Positions 40,954 through 52,927 are shown, numbered from the stretch's first letter. The stretch is 63,396 nucleotides of DNA from Ferruginibacter sp. (GCA_043769035.1 JAYVJU010000147.1:1-63396), one strand, 5' to 3'. Made by a program: numbers and translations. Notes: a model not told the origin generated them from the sequence alone.

Positions 40954-42915
40954 ATGAAAAAGAAAATATTAAATATAATTTTGGTAGCGGTACTTATAGT
41001 ATCAGGCACCACATCGTGTAAAAAGTCATTTCTGGATGAAGAATTGAAAACTTCAAGAGATTTTATTTATTATACATCAGACGCCGGTATTCAACAATTG
41101 GTGCAAGGCGGTTATCACCAGGTATTTGCTACACAATTCAATGGCGAAATGGCATTTGCGAACATGTGCTATGGAGCTGATGAATTTCGTGTAGGAGGAG
41201 ATCCATCCAACGGTATGTACAATTCCTATGGCAACACTTTTGGATCTTTTGTTACACCAAACAACGGAAATACTGTTGCTGCAGAAGCACAGTGGGATAA
41301 TTTATACGTTGGTATTGGTCATGCCAACCTGATTATTCAAAATGCAGAAGCCAGTGCTTCTACAGCAGATGCTATTAAAAAAACAGCTTTAGGCGAAGGT
41401 TATTTTTTTAGAGCCTATAACTATTTAAGATTGGTGAGCCAATTTGGGGCAGTACCCTTAAAAACTACACCCAGCGTTGGGGTAGAATTAGAGTTTACAC
41501 GTCAATCGCCTAAAGAGGTATATGATGTAATAATTGCTGATTTTATAAAAGCGTCTAACCTTTTACCTAATACCGGTGGACCGGCAAAAGTTACCAAAGA
41601 TGCAGCATCACATTTTCTGGCAAAAGCATATTTAAGCCGTGCCAGTGAAATAAATGATTCATGGAATTCATCAACCAAAGCAGCCGACTTAGCAGCTATT
41701 GGATCATTATGTGATGCAGTTATAGCTAATCATGCGTTGGCACCCAACTTTGGTGATTTATGGAGATATACTGCACCTAACGGAGCCAATGAAAACCTGC
41801 GTGAAGTTATTTTGTCTGCACAGTTTACATCTGACTTGTCTGCAACCGGCCAAAATACACAGCATTTATACTATGCATCCCGTTACGAAGATGTTGCTCA
41901 AATGCAAAGAGATTTAAGTGGCGACCGCCCGTTCAGCCGTCTGGCACCAAATTTTTTCATGTACCGAGTATATGATTTGCAAAACGACTCAAGGTTTTGG
42001 AAAACCTTCCGTACAAAACACAAGGTTAATGCTAATGCGCCATCGACTCCTTATGTTCAGGGAGATTTGGGTATTATGTACGTTATCAATCAACCAGGCG
42101 ATACCCGGTTTTCTGCTAATGTATTAAATAATTCTCCTTCGGTTATATACAGCGGCACCGGTAAAACTATTCCACATGTGTATGTAGCATATAAAACTGG
42201 TGTTACCGCCGACGGTGGGTGGAACGATACCCGTAAATTTCCATCATTAAGTAAATTTTTTGATGGCTCACGTACAGCAGGTTTTAACGATGTAAGAGGC
42301 CTTCGTGATATTACATTGGCCCGATCTGCTGAAACCTATTTAATTGCAGCAGAAGCAAAAGTACGTTTGGCAAAATTGGGTACAGGTACTTATGCTGATG
42401 CGTTGCCTTATATTAATCCATTAAGGGCAAGAGCAGAATACAAAAATGCAGAAAGCCGTTCGGTTTATTATGATGGAGGTGCTGCACCAAGCAGTGCACC
42501 ACAAGCTGTACCGCCTTCGTTCTTCCCTGAAAATTCTTATTACGAGTCAAATAATATTCCTGTTACAACTGCAGCTTCAACGCCTTTAGCAATTACTAAC
42601 ATTGCCGCTTTGCCTGCGGGAGATGAGTATATTATAAATGCGTTAGGTTTAACAGCAGCTTACGACAGGATGCTGGCGCTGGTATTAAACGAAAGGTCAC
42701 GTGAATTGGCTGGAGAGTATTTGCGCTGGCAGGATTTGAGCCGTACCAAAACATTGGTAAAACGTGCCCAGGTATTTAATCCTGATGCTGCTCCTAATAT
42801 TCAGGATCGTCATAACCTGCGCCCAATACCACAAACATTCCTTGATGCCATAAAAACAGGTGGAAGAGCTTTGACAGGAACAGAAAAACAAGCAATGCAA
42901 AACCCGGGCTATTAA
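40954..42915 (+). CDS. susD: SusD/RagB lipoprotein
   Basis: Lipobox TTSC; RSAETYLIAAEA, ERSRELAGEYLRWQDL, QNPGY motifs. Confidence 0.95.
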   Translation: MKKKILNIILVAVLIVSGTTSCKKSFLDEELKTSRDFIYYTSDAGIQQLVQGGYHQVFATQFNGEMAFANMCYGADEFRVGGDPSNGMYNSYGNTFGSFVTPNNGNTVAAEAQWDNLYVGIGHANLIIQNAEASASTADAIKKTALGEGYFFRAYNYLRLVSQFGAVPLKTTPSVGVELEFTRQSPKEVYDVIIADFIKASNLLPNTGGPAKVTKDAASHFLAKAYLSRASEINDSWNSSTKAADLAAIGSLCDAVIANHALAPNFGDLWRYTAPNGANENLREVILSAQFTSDLSATGQNTQHLYYASRYEDVAQMQRDLSGDRPFSRLAPNFFMYRVYDLQNDSRFWKTFRTKHKVNANAPSTPYVQGDLGIMYVINQPGDTRFSANVLNNSPSVIYSGTGKTIPHVYVAYKTGVTADGGWNDTRKFPSLSKFFDGSRTAGFNDVRGLRDITLARSAETYLIAAEAKVRLAKLGTGTYADALPYINPLRARAEYKNAESRSVYYDGGAAPSSAPQAVPPSFFPENSYYESNNIPVTTAASTPLAITNIAALPAGDEYIINALGLTAAYDRMLALVLNERSRELAGEYLRWQDLSRTKTLVKRAQVFNPDAAPNIQDRHNLRPIPQTFLDAIKTGGRALTGTEKQAMQNPGY

Positions 42916-42939
42916 CTTTTTTCTCATTTAGCAGTTGGT

Positions 42940-42978
42940 AAAGGGCGGGCAATGAAAATTGTACCGTCCTTTAATTTT
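42940..42978 (+). terminator. Hairpin / attenuating terminator after susD
   Basis: AAAGGGCGGGCAAT...ATTGTACCGTCCTTT imperfect stem. Confidence 0.5.
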
Positions 42979-43039
42979 AAGCCCATCTGTAATATTGTAA
43001 TTAAGTACTTTTAGTAACATAAATATTGAAATAAATTTT

Positions 43040-44383
43040 ATGAAAAAAAATCAATTACTTTTTGTCTGTATTTTATTTGCTGTGTTTGCCAAAGCACAAA
43101 AAACCGGTAACGATGTAACAGCTCCTTTACATGCCATGAAGGTGGATTACCCCGTGCCGTATGAACCGATGAAAAAAGAGGAAATAAAAAAAGTGCTTGA
43201 CAGGGTGTTTAATTACCTGGATGAAGTAACTCCGCCGCAAATGGTAAATAAAAAAACAAATGAAGTTGTTACCGATGTTGCAAAAATTGACAGCAATACC
43301 GTTTTGCAAAAAGCAGATTTTAGATTAACCAGTTACGAGTGGGGCGTTACTTATTCCGCCATGTTATGGGCTGGCGAAACTACCGGCGATAAAAAATATA
43401 CTAACTATGTAAAAGACCGCCTTAATTTTTTAGCCACCTGGATACCGGCGGCAAAAAAATTAAAAGCATCTGGCACAGTTAAAGGCAATAATTATTTATT
43501 GCGTCAACCCATAGAGCCAAGGGCACTGGATGATGCAGGCGCAGTTTGTGCGGCTATGATAAAAGCAACAACTGCTGGCGTAAATGATAACCTGCGGCCA
43601 CAAATTGATGTGTATGCTGATTGGGTAACTAAAAAAGAATACCGTTTAGCTGATGGGACATTGGCAAGAATGCGGCCGCAAAAAAATACTTTATGGTTAG
43701 ATGATTTGTATATGGGCGTACCGACCATAGCGCAAATGGGTAAACTAACCGGCGATAAAAAATATTTTGATGATGCAGTGAATCAAATAAAATTATTCAG
43801 TCAGCGAATGTTTATAAAAGAAAAAGGCGTGTACATGCACGGCTGGGTAGAAAGTATGGAAACGCATCCTGAATTTAAATGGGCAAGAGCCAATGGCTGG
43901 GCCTTACTGGCTATGTGCGAATTATTGGATGTATTACCGGAAAATCATGAAGGAAGAGCTTTTGTTTTGCAGCAATTTAAAGCTCATGCAAAAGGCCTGG
44001 CATCTTACCAAAGTGGCAGCGGCTTTTGGCACCAGTTATTAGACAGGGAAGATAGTTATTTAGAAACATCTGCAACAGCCATTTATGCATATTGCATTGC
44101 ACATGCCTGTAACAAAGGTTGGTTAAACCCTGTTACTTATGCACCCATGGCAAATCTTGCATGGAATGCTGTAGCCACAAAAGTAAATGATAAAGGCCAG
44201 GTAGAAGGTACATGCGTAGGAACAGGAATGGCGTTCGATCCTGCATTTTATTATTACCGCCCCGTTAATGTTTTTGCAGCGCATGGCTATGGTCCGGTAA
44301 TTTTAGCTGCCGCAGAAATGTATAAGCTGGTAGAAAAAAATAAATTTAAAATGAACGACAGTGCGTTACAGTTCTATGAATAA
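43040..44383 (+). CDS. GH105 unsaturated rhamnogalacturonyl hydrolase
   Basis: LWLDDLYM, WARANGW, YLETSATA motifs. Confidence 0.92.
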   Translation: MKKNQLLFVCILFAVFAKAQKTGNDVTAPLHAMKVDYPVPYEPMKKEEIKKVLDRVFNYLDEVTPPQMVNKKTNEVVTDVAKIDSNTVLQKADFRLTSYEWGVTYSAMLWAGETTGDKKYTNYVKDRLNFLATWIPAAKKLKASGTVKGNNYLLRQPIEPRALDDAGAVCAAMIKATTAGVNDNLRPQIDVYADWVTKKEYRLADGTLARMRPQKNTLWLDDLYMGVPTIAQMGKLTGDKKYFDDAVNQIKLFSQRMFIKEKGVYMHGWVESMETHPEFKWARANGWALLAMCELLDVLPENHEGRAFVLQQFKAHAKGLASYQSGSGFWHQLLDREDSYLETSATAIYAYCIAHACNKGWLNPVTYAPMANLAWNAVATKVNDKGQVEGTCVGTGMAFDPAFYYYRPVNVFAAHGYGPVILAAAEMYKLVEKNKFKMNDSALQFYE

Positions 44384-45719
44384 ACAATTATTATTTCTTA
44401 CAGCAGCAATTAGTTGTTGCATTGCTGTTACAGCACAACAAAAAGCCAATTACAAATTTGATTTTGGAAGCACTGCTGCTGCAAAAGGTTATACTGCTGT
44501 AACGCCGCAAACTATTTATACTGATGCTGCTGGTTATGGCTTTATCAATTCAACAGGTATTGAAACCGTAGTAAGAAATAAAAAAAACACGGTTACTTCT
44601 GATTTTATTACCGGGAACAAACCTTTCTTTTTTTCTGTAAAAATTCCGGAAGGTAATTATGATGTGAAAATTATTTTGGGAGATGTGAATGGTACATCAG
44701 CTACCACAGTAAGAGCAGAATGCCGCAGGTTATTTTTACAAAATATCAAAACAAAGAAAGGTGAAATTAAAACGGAATTTTTTACAGTACATGTTAAAGA
44801 CAGTATCATCAGGGATGCAAACGGAAATGCAGTAGATAAGGTGAAATTAAAAGCAAGGGAGATCAATTATTTTCACTGGGATGATAAACTTACACTGGAG
44901 TTTAATGATACAGCTGCAAAAATTTGTGCAGTGGAAGTTACACCGAATACAAAAGCAACCACCATATTTTTAGCTGGTAACTCCACAGTTGTAGATCAGG
45001 ACAAAGAACCGTGGGCATCCTGGGGGCAAATGATACCTGCTTTTTTTGAGCCCGGTAATATTTGTATTGCCAACTATGCCGAAAGCGGCGAAGCATTAAA
45101 TTCATTTAAAAGTGCAAAACGCCTGCAAAAAATAATCAGCCTGATGAAAACGAATGATTATTTATTTATTGAGTTTGGCCACAATGATATGAAACAAAAA
45201 GGCGAAGGTATCGGGCCATTTACTTCTTACAAAGCCAGTTTAAAATATTTTATTGATGAAGTGAAAAAGAAAGGAGGGATACCAATCTTAGTTACTTCTA
45301 TGCACCGCAGAAGCTTTGATTCAGCAGGCCATATTATCAACACATTGCTGGAATATCCTGCAGCAGTAAGGCAAACCGCCAACGAAGAATTTGTTGATTT
45401 GATAGACCTGAATGCCATGAGTAAAATAATGTATGAAGCCTGGGGGCCGGAGAAATCTGTAAAAGCATTTGTGCATTACCCTGCCAATACTTTTCCCGGC
45501 CAGGATAAAAAGCTGGAAGATAATACGCACTTTAATACTTATGGTGCTTATGAAATTGCACGGTGCATTGTGCAGTCAATAAAGGATAATAATTTACCTA
45601 TTGCAAAATATTTAAAAAAGAGCATTACAAAATTTGACCCTGCAAAACCAGATGCAGTAGAAAAATGGTATTGGCCGCAAAGCGTTTTGCTGGCAGCGGT
45701 AAAACCAGATGGTAATTAG
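44376..45719 (+). CDS. Rhamnogalacturonan acetylesterase (CE12, SGNH) with N-terminal beta-sandwich domain
   Basis: Start moved to ATG 44376; LAGNSTV, FGHND, DNTHF motifs. Confidence 0.9.
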   Translation: MNKQLLFLTAAISCCIAVTAQQKANYKFDFGSTAAAKGYTAVTPQTIYTDAAGYGFINSTGIETVVRNKKNTVTSDFITGNKPFFFSVKIPEGNYDVKIILGDVNGTSATTVRAECRRLFLQNIKTKKGEIKTEFFTVHVKDSIIRDANGNAVDKVKLKAREINYFHWDDKLTLEFNDTAAKICAVEVTPNTKATTIFLAGNSTVVDQDKEPWASWGQMIPAFFEPGNICIANYAESGEALNSFKSAKRLQKIISLMKTNDYLFIEFGHNDMKQKGEGIGPFTSYKASLKYFIDEVKKKGGIPILVTSMHRRSFDSAGHIINTLLEYPAAVRQTANEEFVDLIDLNAMSKIMYEAWGPEKSVKAFVHYPANTFPGQDKKLEDNTHFNTYGAYEIARCIVQSIKDNNLPIAKYLKKSITKFDPAKPDAVEKWYWPQSVLLAAVKPDGN

Positions 45720-45724
45720 TTAAG

Positions 45725-47401
45725 ATGAAACACATTTCAAAATATGTAGTAATTATTTGTTTATTCATTTGCACTTCAGTAAATGCACAGCAGGCAACTA
45801 TTACTGTTGATCTGAATAAAGAAACGGGTGATATGAAACCGGTGTGGGCATGGTTTGGTTATGATGAACCAAACTATACTTACATGAAAGATGGAAAAAA
45901 GTTGTTGACGGAGATTGCTGCATTAAGTCCTGTGCCGGTTTATGTAAGGGCACATAGCTTATTAGTTACTGGCGATGGTGTGGCCGCATTAAAATGGGGC
46001 AGCACCAATGCTTATACCGAAGATGCAAAAGGCAATCCGATTTATAGTTGGAATATCATTGACAGCATTTTTGATACTTATATAAAGAGAGGGATGAAGC
46101 CATTAGCACAAATTGGTTTTATGCCCGAAGCGTTATCAACTAATCCATCTCCATACAAACACGATTGGAAACCAGGCGACCCATACTTTAAAATTATTAC
46201 CGGCTGGGCCTATCCACCGAAAGATTATAAAAAATGGGCGGCATTAATTTACGAATGGGTAAAGCATAGCGTAAATCGCTATGGAAAAAAAGAAGTAGAA
46301 AGTTGGTGGTGGGAATTATGGAATGAACCCAATGGTTATTGGAAAGGAACACAGCAGGAATTTTTTAAATTATACGACTATACAGCCGATGCAGTGAAGA
46401 GAGCTTTACCTACTGCAAAGATTGGTGGAATAAATATTGCCGGCACGGCTGGTACAAATGCACAACAATGGCTGCATGCTTTTTTAAAGCATTGCTTTTC
46501 GGATACAAATTATGTAACAGGAAAAATTGGCTCACCGGTTGATATGATCTTGTTTCATGCAAAAGGTTCGCCGAAAGTGGTGGATGGACATGTGCAAATG
46601 AATATGGGACGGCAATTGCAGGATATTAATATGGGATTTAAGTTTGTGGCTTCCTATCCGCAATTAAAAAATTTACCTGTTGTAATTGGCGAAAGTGATC
46701 CTGAAGGTTGTGCTGCCTGTGGTATGAAAACAAATCCATCCAATGGTTATCGCAATGGTACCATGTACTCCAGTTATACCGCAGCATCTTTTGCAAGAAA
46801 ATATTTACTGGCAGATTCTTTTAAAGTGAATTTTTTGGGAGCCGTTACCTGGGCATTTGAATTTGAAGACCAGCCCTGGTTTTACGGCTTTAGAGACCTG
46901 GCTACTAACGGCGTTGATAAGCCGGTGCTGAATGTGTTCAGAATGTTTGGCATGATGAAGGGAAAGAGGGTTGCAGTAAGTGGTAACCAGATGTATGATT
47001 TAAAAACGATGGTGGACAGCAGTGTAAGAAGAAGTTATAATGATGCAGGTGGATTAGCTGCAAAGGATAAAAGATCGGCAACTGTAATGGTATGGAATTA
47101 CCATGATGATGATGTGATAAAACCAGCTTTGCCTGCTGAAATTATAATACATGGAGTGCCGGCTAAATCAGCAACAGTTACACAATACATTATTGACGAT
47201 AAGCACAGTAACTCATACGAAGTGTGGAAGAAAATGGGGGCGCCACAAAGCCCAACGAAAGAACAAATTGCGACATTAGAAAAAGCAGGACAATTAGAAA
47301 AAGTAAGTGTGATGAAGAACCAGCCTGTTAAGCAGGGTGCGCTGATAATTACAACTTCATTGGCACAACAGGCTGTTGTATTATTTAAAGTAGATTGGTA
47401 A
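45725..47401 (+). CDS. GH39 glycoside hydrolase (beta-xylosidase family)
   Basis: WELWNEPN acid/base motif, YPPKDYKKW, IGFMPEAL. Confidence 0.88.
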   Translation: MKHISKYVVIICLFICTSVNAQQATITVDLNKETGDMKPVWAWFGYDEPNYTYMKDGKKLLTEIAALSPVPVYVRAHSLLVTGDGVAALKWGSTNAYTEDAKGNPIYSWNIIDSIFDTYIKRGMKPLAQIGFMPEALSTNPSPYKHDWKPGDPYFKIITGWAYPPKDYKKWAALIYEWVKHSVNRYGKKEVESWWWELWNEPNGYWKGTQQEFFKLYDYTADAVKRALPTAKIGGINIAGTAGTNAQQWLHAFLKHCFSDTNYVTGKIGSPVDMILFHAKGSPKVVDGHVQMNMGRQLQDINMGFKFVASYPQLKNLPVVIGESDPEGCAACGMKTNPSNGYRNGTMYSSYTAASFARKYLLADSFKVNFLGAVTWAFEFEDQPWFYGFRDLATNGVDKPVLNVFRMFGMMKGKRVAVSGNQMYDLKTMVDSSVRRSYNDAGGLAAKDKRSATVMVWNYHDDDVIKPALPAEIIIHGVPAKSATVTQYIIDDKHSNSYEVWKKMGAPQSPTKEQIATLEKAGQLEKVSVMKNQPVKQGALIITTSLAQQAVVLFKVDW

Positions 47402-47436
47402 CGGAGAATATTTTTTAATTAATTAATTCAGAGAAA

Positions 47437-48849
47437 ATGTTGAGTAAAACGAAATCCCGCAAGGCGGGAAAAAAAAATATCTTACTGCTATCTGCAGGAA
47501 TTTTTCTGGTAACTACTGTTAATGCACAAATCGGAAAACGTTTTCCATCCGAAAGAAAAGAAGTTGTTGATCCTGTAACGGGAACAAAGCTTTTATTTCT
47601 TACCAGTACACAAAGTGGCGATTCAAAAATTTATCAAACGCATAATCAATGGACATCAGATGGGCAATGGCTCATCTTCCGCAGCAATCGTGTAAAAGGC
47701 GAAGCAATGGCTGTTAATGAAAAAACAGGCGACATCGTTCAGGTTACTGAGGGTGGTTATACCGGTATGCTGAATGTTGCCAGAAAATCAATGAAGCTGT
47801 ATTTTATGCGGAATGAAAGAACAGATACTATTCCTGCTACGCCGGGTGATACGGCCCGTCGCCGTGTACAAAGACCGGTACAAATTATTGAAGTTGATTT
47901 AGAAAAATTATTTGCAGACAGTAAGAGCGGCACATTAAAAAAAGCAGATGCCTATCAACGCATTTGCGGCACCACACCAAAAGAAATAGGAGCAGGTGGC
48001 GATATGGCATTGGATGGAGATGAAGAGTGGGCATATTTCAGAGTTGGTTTACAGGAAGCGGCAAAACATTTAAAGCCTGATACTAAACTGGAGAAAAATT
48101 TTGGCCCAAGAAATATGGGTGCAGGCCCAAGTGGTATTGCAGCAATGAATATAAAAACAAGCGAAATAAAATATGTAGTGTCTGTTCCTTTTCAAATCGG
48201 TCACATACAAACCAATCCGTGGGTTGCCGGTGAAATTATTTTTTGTTGGGAGACTGGTGGCAAATCACCACAACGTACATGGACGGTGATGAGTGATGGT
48301 ACCGGTCTCCGTCCTTTATATCCCGAAGCAGAATACGAATGGGTAACACATGAAGCAGTTACTGGTAAAGATGAAGTAGCGATTGCAATTATGGGGCATC
48401 GGAAAATTCCGGGGACTAATAAAGTGGTGGAAGCTGCAACCGGTGTTGGAGGAGCCAATCCCGGACAAGATGCTGCATGGGGCCCATCAGGCACAAGAGA
48501 AAAACCAACGGGACTTGGTATTGTTAATTTACGAACAAGAGAAATGGAAATTGTTGGCCAAACAAAAAGCGGCAGCGGACTTTGGCATGTAAGTGCTTCA
48601 CCCGATGGCCGCTGGGCTGTTGGTGATGATTTTGCAAGAAATATTTATTTGATTGACAGGCATACTAAAGAAATGATATTGCTTTCAACAGGGCATAAAA
48701 CCACAGCAGGCGATCACCCACATCCAACAATGAGTCCGGATGGAACAAAAATTCAAATACAGTCAGCAATGTTATCTGCCGATAACAGGAGTATGAATAT
48801 TTGTATTATCCCTGTACCGGAAGCCTGGTTAAAAAGAATGTATAAATAA
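47437..48849 (+). CDS. Oligogalacturonate lyase family protein (PL22-like)
   Basis: DPVTG, IYQTHNQWTSDG, FCWETGG, THE, HPHP motifs. Confidence 0.8.
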   Translation: MLSKTKSRKAGKKNILLLSAGIFLVTTVNAQIGKRFPSERKEVVDPVTGTKLLFLTSTQSGDSKIYQTHNQWTSDGQWLIFRSNRVKGEAMAVNEKTGDIVQVTEGGYTGMLNVARKSMKLYFMRNERTDTIPATPGDTARRRVQRPVQIIEVDLEKLFADSKSGTLKKADAYQRICGTTPKEIGAGGDMALDGDEEWAYFRVGLQEAAKHLKPDTKLEKNFGPRNMGAGPSGIAAMNIKTSEIKYVVSVPFQIGHIQTNPWVAGEIIFCWETGGKSPQRTWTVMSDGTGLRPLYPEAEYEWVTHEAVTGKDEVAIAIMGHRKIPGTNKVVEAATGVGGANPGQDAAWGPSGTREKPTGLGIVNLRTREMEIVGQTKSGSGLWHVSASPDGRWAVGDDFARNIYLIDRHTKEMILLSTGHKTTAGDHPHPTMSPDGTKIQIQSAMLSADNRSMNICIIPVPEAWLKRMYK

Positions 48850-48919
48850 ATATGCGCTGCGCTGTTATTTTTGTTGATATGCGGAACTAAATATTTTAAA
48901 ATTCAAAAATAAACCAGGT

Positions 48920-50284
48920 ATGTTTTTTAAACGGAGAATTATTGTTTGCTTATTTTTCTTATTTGCAGTTTCGGCAAATACTTTTTGCCAACCGGCACAA
49001 AAACCACCGATGGGCTGGAACAGCTATAATTGTTTTGGTTCTGCAGTGCATGAAGATGAAGTAAAAGCCAATGCTGATTACGTAGCTAAAAATTTAAAAT
49101 CATTTGGCTGGCAATATATTGTGGTAGATTTTTTATGGGCTTACGATAATCCTCCCGGCAGTAATATTGGTAATCCTTATCAAAGAAATTTGCAGGACGG
49201 TTCTTATGTGCCATGGCTGGCAATGGATAAATGGGGCAGGTTGTTGCCACACAGTAATAAATTTCCTGCTGCTTTTGGCGGTAATGGTTTTAAACCATTG
49301 AGTGATTATGTACATGGACTGGGATTAAAGTTTGGTATTCATATTATGAGAGGCATTCCACGGCAGGCAGTGTGGGCTAAAACTCCTGTGATGGGTACTA
49401 AAGGTATAACTGCAGATATGATTGCAGATACTTCATCTACCTGTACCTGGATGAATCATATGTATGGGATTAATATGGCAAAGCCCGGTGCACAGGAATA
49501 CCTCAATTCAATTTTGGCTTTGTATAAGGAATGGGAAGTTGATTTTATTAAGGTAGATGATATTGCACGTCCTTATCATTTAGCAGAAGTAGAAGGATAT
49601 GAAAAAGCAATTGCTGCTACCGGCAGGCCGATGGTGTTGAGTATCTCGCCGGGAGAAACTCCAGTTGCACAGGCAGACCATGTAAAGCAACACACAAATA
49701 TGTGGCGCATGGCAGATGATTTTTGGGATAACTGGAAAATGATTTTGCAAATGTTTGACGATGCAAAAAAATGGGAAGGTACTGGCGGTCCCGGGCATTG
49801 GCCTGATTGCGATATGATACAGATTGGTAAACTTTCAAAACGTGGGCCGGTTGGGCCGGAGCGCTACAGCCGTTTTACAGAAGACGAGTTATATACACAC
49901 ATGAATTTCTGGTGCCTCTACCGCAGCCCTTTAATGTTGGGTGGCAACCAGCCGGAAAACAGGGAATTGGAGTTGAAATTATTTACCAATGAAGAAGTGC
50001 TGGCAGTAAATCAAAATGGCGAAAATCCAAAACAGCTATATAAGAACGACAGCAGCATGGTGTGGGTGTCAACAGTAAATGGCAGTAAAGATTTGTATGT
50101 AGGCTTATTTAATATTGGTGAAAATGCTCATGATGTTGTAATTGACTTTAAAGCATTGGGGTTAAAAGGAAAAGTGTTGGTAAGAGATTTATGGAAGAAA
50201 GCAGATGTGGGAATAGGTACAAAAAAATATAGCCAGAGAATCAATAAGCATGGTTCTGTTTTATTACGTTTAAGTGTAAAATAA
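48920..50284 (+). CDS. GH27 alpha-galactosidase / beta-L-arabinopyranosidase
   Basis: PPMGWNSY, VDFIKVD, MWRMADDFWD, WPDCDM motifs. Confidence 0.92.
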   Translation: MFFKRRIIVCLFFLFAVSANTFCQPAQKPPMGWNSYNCFGSAVHEDEVKANADYVAKNLKSFGWQYIVVDFLWAYDNPPGSNIGNPYQRNLQDGSYVPWLAMDKWGRLLPHSNKFPAAFGGNGFKPLSDYVHGLGLKFGIHIMRGIPRQAVWAKTPVMGTKGITADMIADTSSTCTWMNHMYGINMAKPGAQEYLNSILALYKEWEVDFIKVDDIARPYHLAEVEGYEKAIAATGRPMVLSISPGETPVAQADHVKQHTNMWRMADDFWDNWKMILQMFDDAKKWEGTGGPGHWPDCDMIQIGKLSKRGPVGPERYSRFTEDELYTHMNFWCLYRSPLMLGGNQPENRELELKLFTNEEVLAVNQNGENPKQLYKNDSSMVWVSTVNGSKDLYVGLFNIGENAHDVVIDFKALGLKGKVLVRDLWKKADVGIGTKKYSQRINKHGSVLLRLSVK

Positions 50285-50292
50285 TTGTGAAT

Positions 50293-51276
50293 ATGAAAAA
50301 CTATTTTGGAAAGTGTGTTGCTGTAGCAGTAAGTATGTTGCTGTTAACAAAATTACAGGCACAGGGAGATACAAGTTTTGTTGCAACCGGTAATCCAATC
50401 ATCAAACATAAATTTACAGCCGATCCTGCAGCGTTGGTGTATAAAGACAAAGTATATATTTATACCGGCCACGATGTGGCGCCGGAAAAACGTAACGGTT
50501 ACGAAATGCATGAATGGCTTTTATTTTCTACCAGCGATATGAGAACATTTACAGAGCATCCATCGCCACTAAATGTAAAAGCATTTAAGTGGGCAAAAGA
50601 TGATGCATGGGCAAGCCAGGTAATTGAACGCAATGGAAAATTTTATTGGTATGTTGCTGTTACACATGATAGCAGCCATCGTGGAAAAGCAATCGGCGTA
50701 GCTGTTGCTGATAATCCACTTGGCCCGTTTAAAGATGCAAAGGGTAGTGCCATCATCACCAACGAAATGACAACAGAAAGCAAAATCAGCTGGGACGATA
50801 TTGACCCCACAGTTTTTATTGATGATAATAAACAGGCTTATTTATTCTGGGGCAATACTACTTTGCATTATGTAAAGCTTAAAGAAAATATGATCGACAT
50901 GGATGGTTCTATGCAAACCATCACTTTACCAAAATTTACAGAAGCGCCATGGGTGCATAAAAAAAATGGCTGGTACTATTTATCTTATGCTTACGAGTTT
51001 CCTGAAAAAATTGCCTATGCCATGAGCAAAAGCATTGAAGGGCCATGGGAGTATAAAGGCATACTTAACGAGATTGCAGGCAACTGTAATACCAATCACC
51101 AGGCCATCATTACATTTAAAGGAAAAGATTATTTCATTTATCACAATGGCGCTTTAGTGCCGGATTATGCCAGCTTTCACCGGTCGGTTTGTATTGATTA
51201 TTTGTATTACAATAAAGATGGAACAATGAAAAGAGTGATAATGACGGGGGAGGGAGTACAGGGAAATAAAAAGTAA
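50293..51276 (+). CDS. GH43 xylosidase / arabinofuranosidase
   Basis: ADPAA, WAS, IDPTVF, TEAPW motifs; ATG at 50293. Confidence 0.9.
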   Translation: MKNYFGKCVAVAVSMLLLTKLQAQGDTSFVATGNPIIKHKFTADPAALVYKDKVYIYTGHDVAPEKRNGYEMHEWLLFSTSDMRTFTEHPSPLNVKAFKWAKDDAWASQVIERNGKFYWYVAVTHDSSHRGKAIGVAVADNPLGPFKDAKGSAIITNEMTTESKISWDDIDPTVFIDDNKQAYLFWGNTTLHYVKLKENMIDMDGSMQTITLPKFTEAPWVHKKNGWYYLSYAYEFPEKIAYAMSKSIEGPWEYKGILNEIAGNCNTNHQAIITFKGKDYFIYHNGALVPDYASFHRSVCIDYLYYNKDGTMKRVIMTGEGVQGNKK

Positions 51277-51388
51277 ATAGTGTACAGCGTACAAATTATA
51301 AAAGTATAGCTACAACGGTTTCGTAAGAAAATAAAATATAACAGCATTAAATAAATGATTTTGTTACAACTTTCAATAATTTAGAAGC

Positions 51389-52927
51389 ATGAAAAGAATA
51401 TTCTCCATTTTAACGATTTGCTTTTTTGTAAATTTCACTAAAGCACAAACCACCGTAGTTATTGATGCTACCAATCCAACTAATACCATCAGCCGCCATA
51501 TTTACGGCCACTTCTCCGAACATTTGGGTCGTTGTATTTACGATGGATTTTGGGTGGGAGATTCTGTTAACGTTCCTAAAAAAGACAGGATAAGATTAGA
51601 TATAGTAGAAGCCCTGAAAAAAATTAAAGTGCCTAATTTAAGATGGCCCGGAGGTTGCTTTGCAGACGAGTATCATTGGCGTGATGGCATTGGCCTGCGT
51701 AAAGAAAGGCCTTATATGGTAAATACAAACTGGGGCGGAGTTTCAGAAGATAACAGTTTTGGTACGCATGAATTTTTAGAACTATGCTCTTTAATTAATT
51801 GCGAACCATACATTGCCGGGAATGTTGGCAGCGGCACTGTTGAAGAAATGGCAAAATGGGTAGAGTATTTAAACAGCGATGCTAAAAGTACTATGACAGA
51901 TCTGCGTAAAGCGAACGGCCGTAGCGAACCATGGCGTGTAAAGTTTTGGGGGGTTGGCAACGAGAGCTGGGGCTGCGGTGGAGATATGACTGTTGATTTT
52001 TATGCCGACCTGTATAAACGCTATGCTGTTTATTGTCGTAATTACCCACAAGCCCCTTTATTAAAAATTGCAAGTGGTGCCAACAGCGGCGATTATAACT
52101 GGACAGAAACATTAATGAAAAACATTGGCACCAACCGCATGTGGGGTGTTACATTGCATTACTATACTATTCCAACCGGTTCATGGGGTAAAAAAGGTTC
52201 TGCAACAGCATTTGACGAAAAGGAATATTTTAATACCATGAACAATTGCCTTAAAATGGAAGAACTGGTAACAAGGCACAGTACTATTATGGATAAATAT
52301 GATCCAGCAAAAAAAACAGCATTGGTGGTGGATGAGTGGGGTATATGGACAGATGTTGAGCCAGGTACCAATCCCGGATTTTTATACCAGCAAAACAGTT
52401 TACGTGATGCACTGGTTGCAGGAACCACACTGAATATTTTTAATAACCACAGCGACAGGGTGCGTATGGCTAACCTTGCACAAACCATTAATGTATTGCA
52501 GGCATTGATATTAACAAAGGGTAATCAGATATTATTAACACCAACCTACCATGTTTTTGATATGTACAAAGTGCATATGGATGCAAAAAAACTGAACATT
52601 AATTTTAAATCGCCTGATTATACCAATGCAGATAAAAAAATTCCGGCATTAAATATTTCTGCTTCGCAGGATAGTACAGGCGCTGTGCATATTACGCTGG
52701 TAAATATCGATCCTTCAAAAGCAATTGCTTTGCGTACAGTTTTACCGGGTGTAAAATTTACAACAGTAACAGGCCAAATACTTACATCAAAAAAAATTAC
52801 AGATATTAATAGTTTTGAAAACCCCAGCAATATAAAAATCACTTCTTTCGGCGGTGCAAAAAAAATGGGTGAGGAGCTGGTTGTTAATTTGCCGGCACAA
52901 AGTATTGTTACGCTGGAATTAAAATAG
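51389..52927 (+). CDS. abfA: GH51 alpha-L-arabinofuranosidase
   Basis: [35 protein letters not shown] motifs. Confidence 0.95.
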   Translation: MKRIFSILTICFFVNFTKAQTTVVIDATNPTNTISRHIYGHFSEHLGRCIYDGFWVGDSVNVPKKDRIRLDIVEALKKIKVPNLRWPGGCFADEYHWRDGIGLRKERPYMVNTNWGGVSEDNSFGTHEFLELCSLINCEPYIAGNVGSGTVEEMAKWVEYLNSDAKSTMTDLRKANGRSEPWRVKFWGVGNESWGCGGDMTVDFYADLYKRYAVYCRNYPQAPLLKIASGANSGDYNWTETLMKNIGTNRMWGVTLHYYTIPTGSWGKKGSATAFDEKEYFNTMNNCLKMEELVTRHSTIMDKYDPAKKTALVVDEWGIWTDVEPGTNPGFLYQQNSLRDALVAGTTLNIFNNHSDRVRMANLAQTINVLQALILTKGNQILLTPTYHVFDMYKVHMDAKKLNINFKSPDYTNADKKIPALNISASQDSTGAVHITLVNIDPSKAIALRTVLPGVKFTTVTGQILTSKKITDINSFENPSNIKITSFGGAKKMGEELVVNLPAQSIVTLELK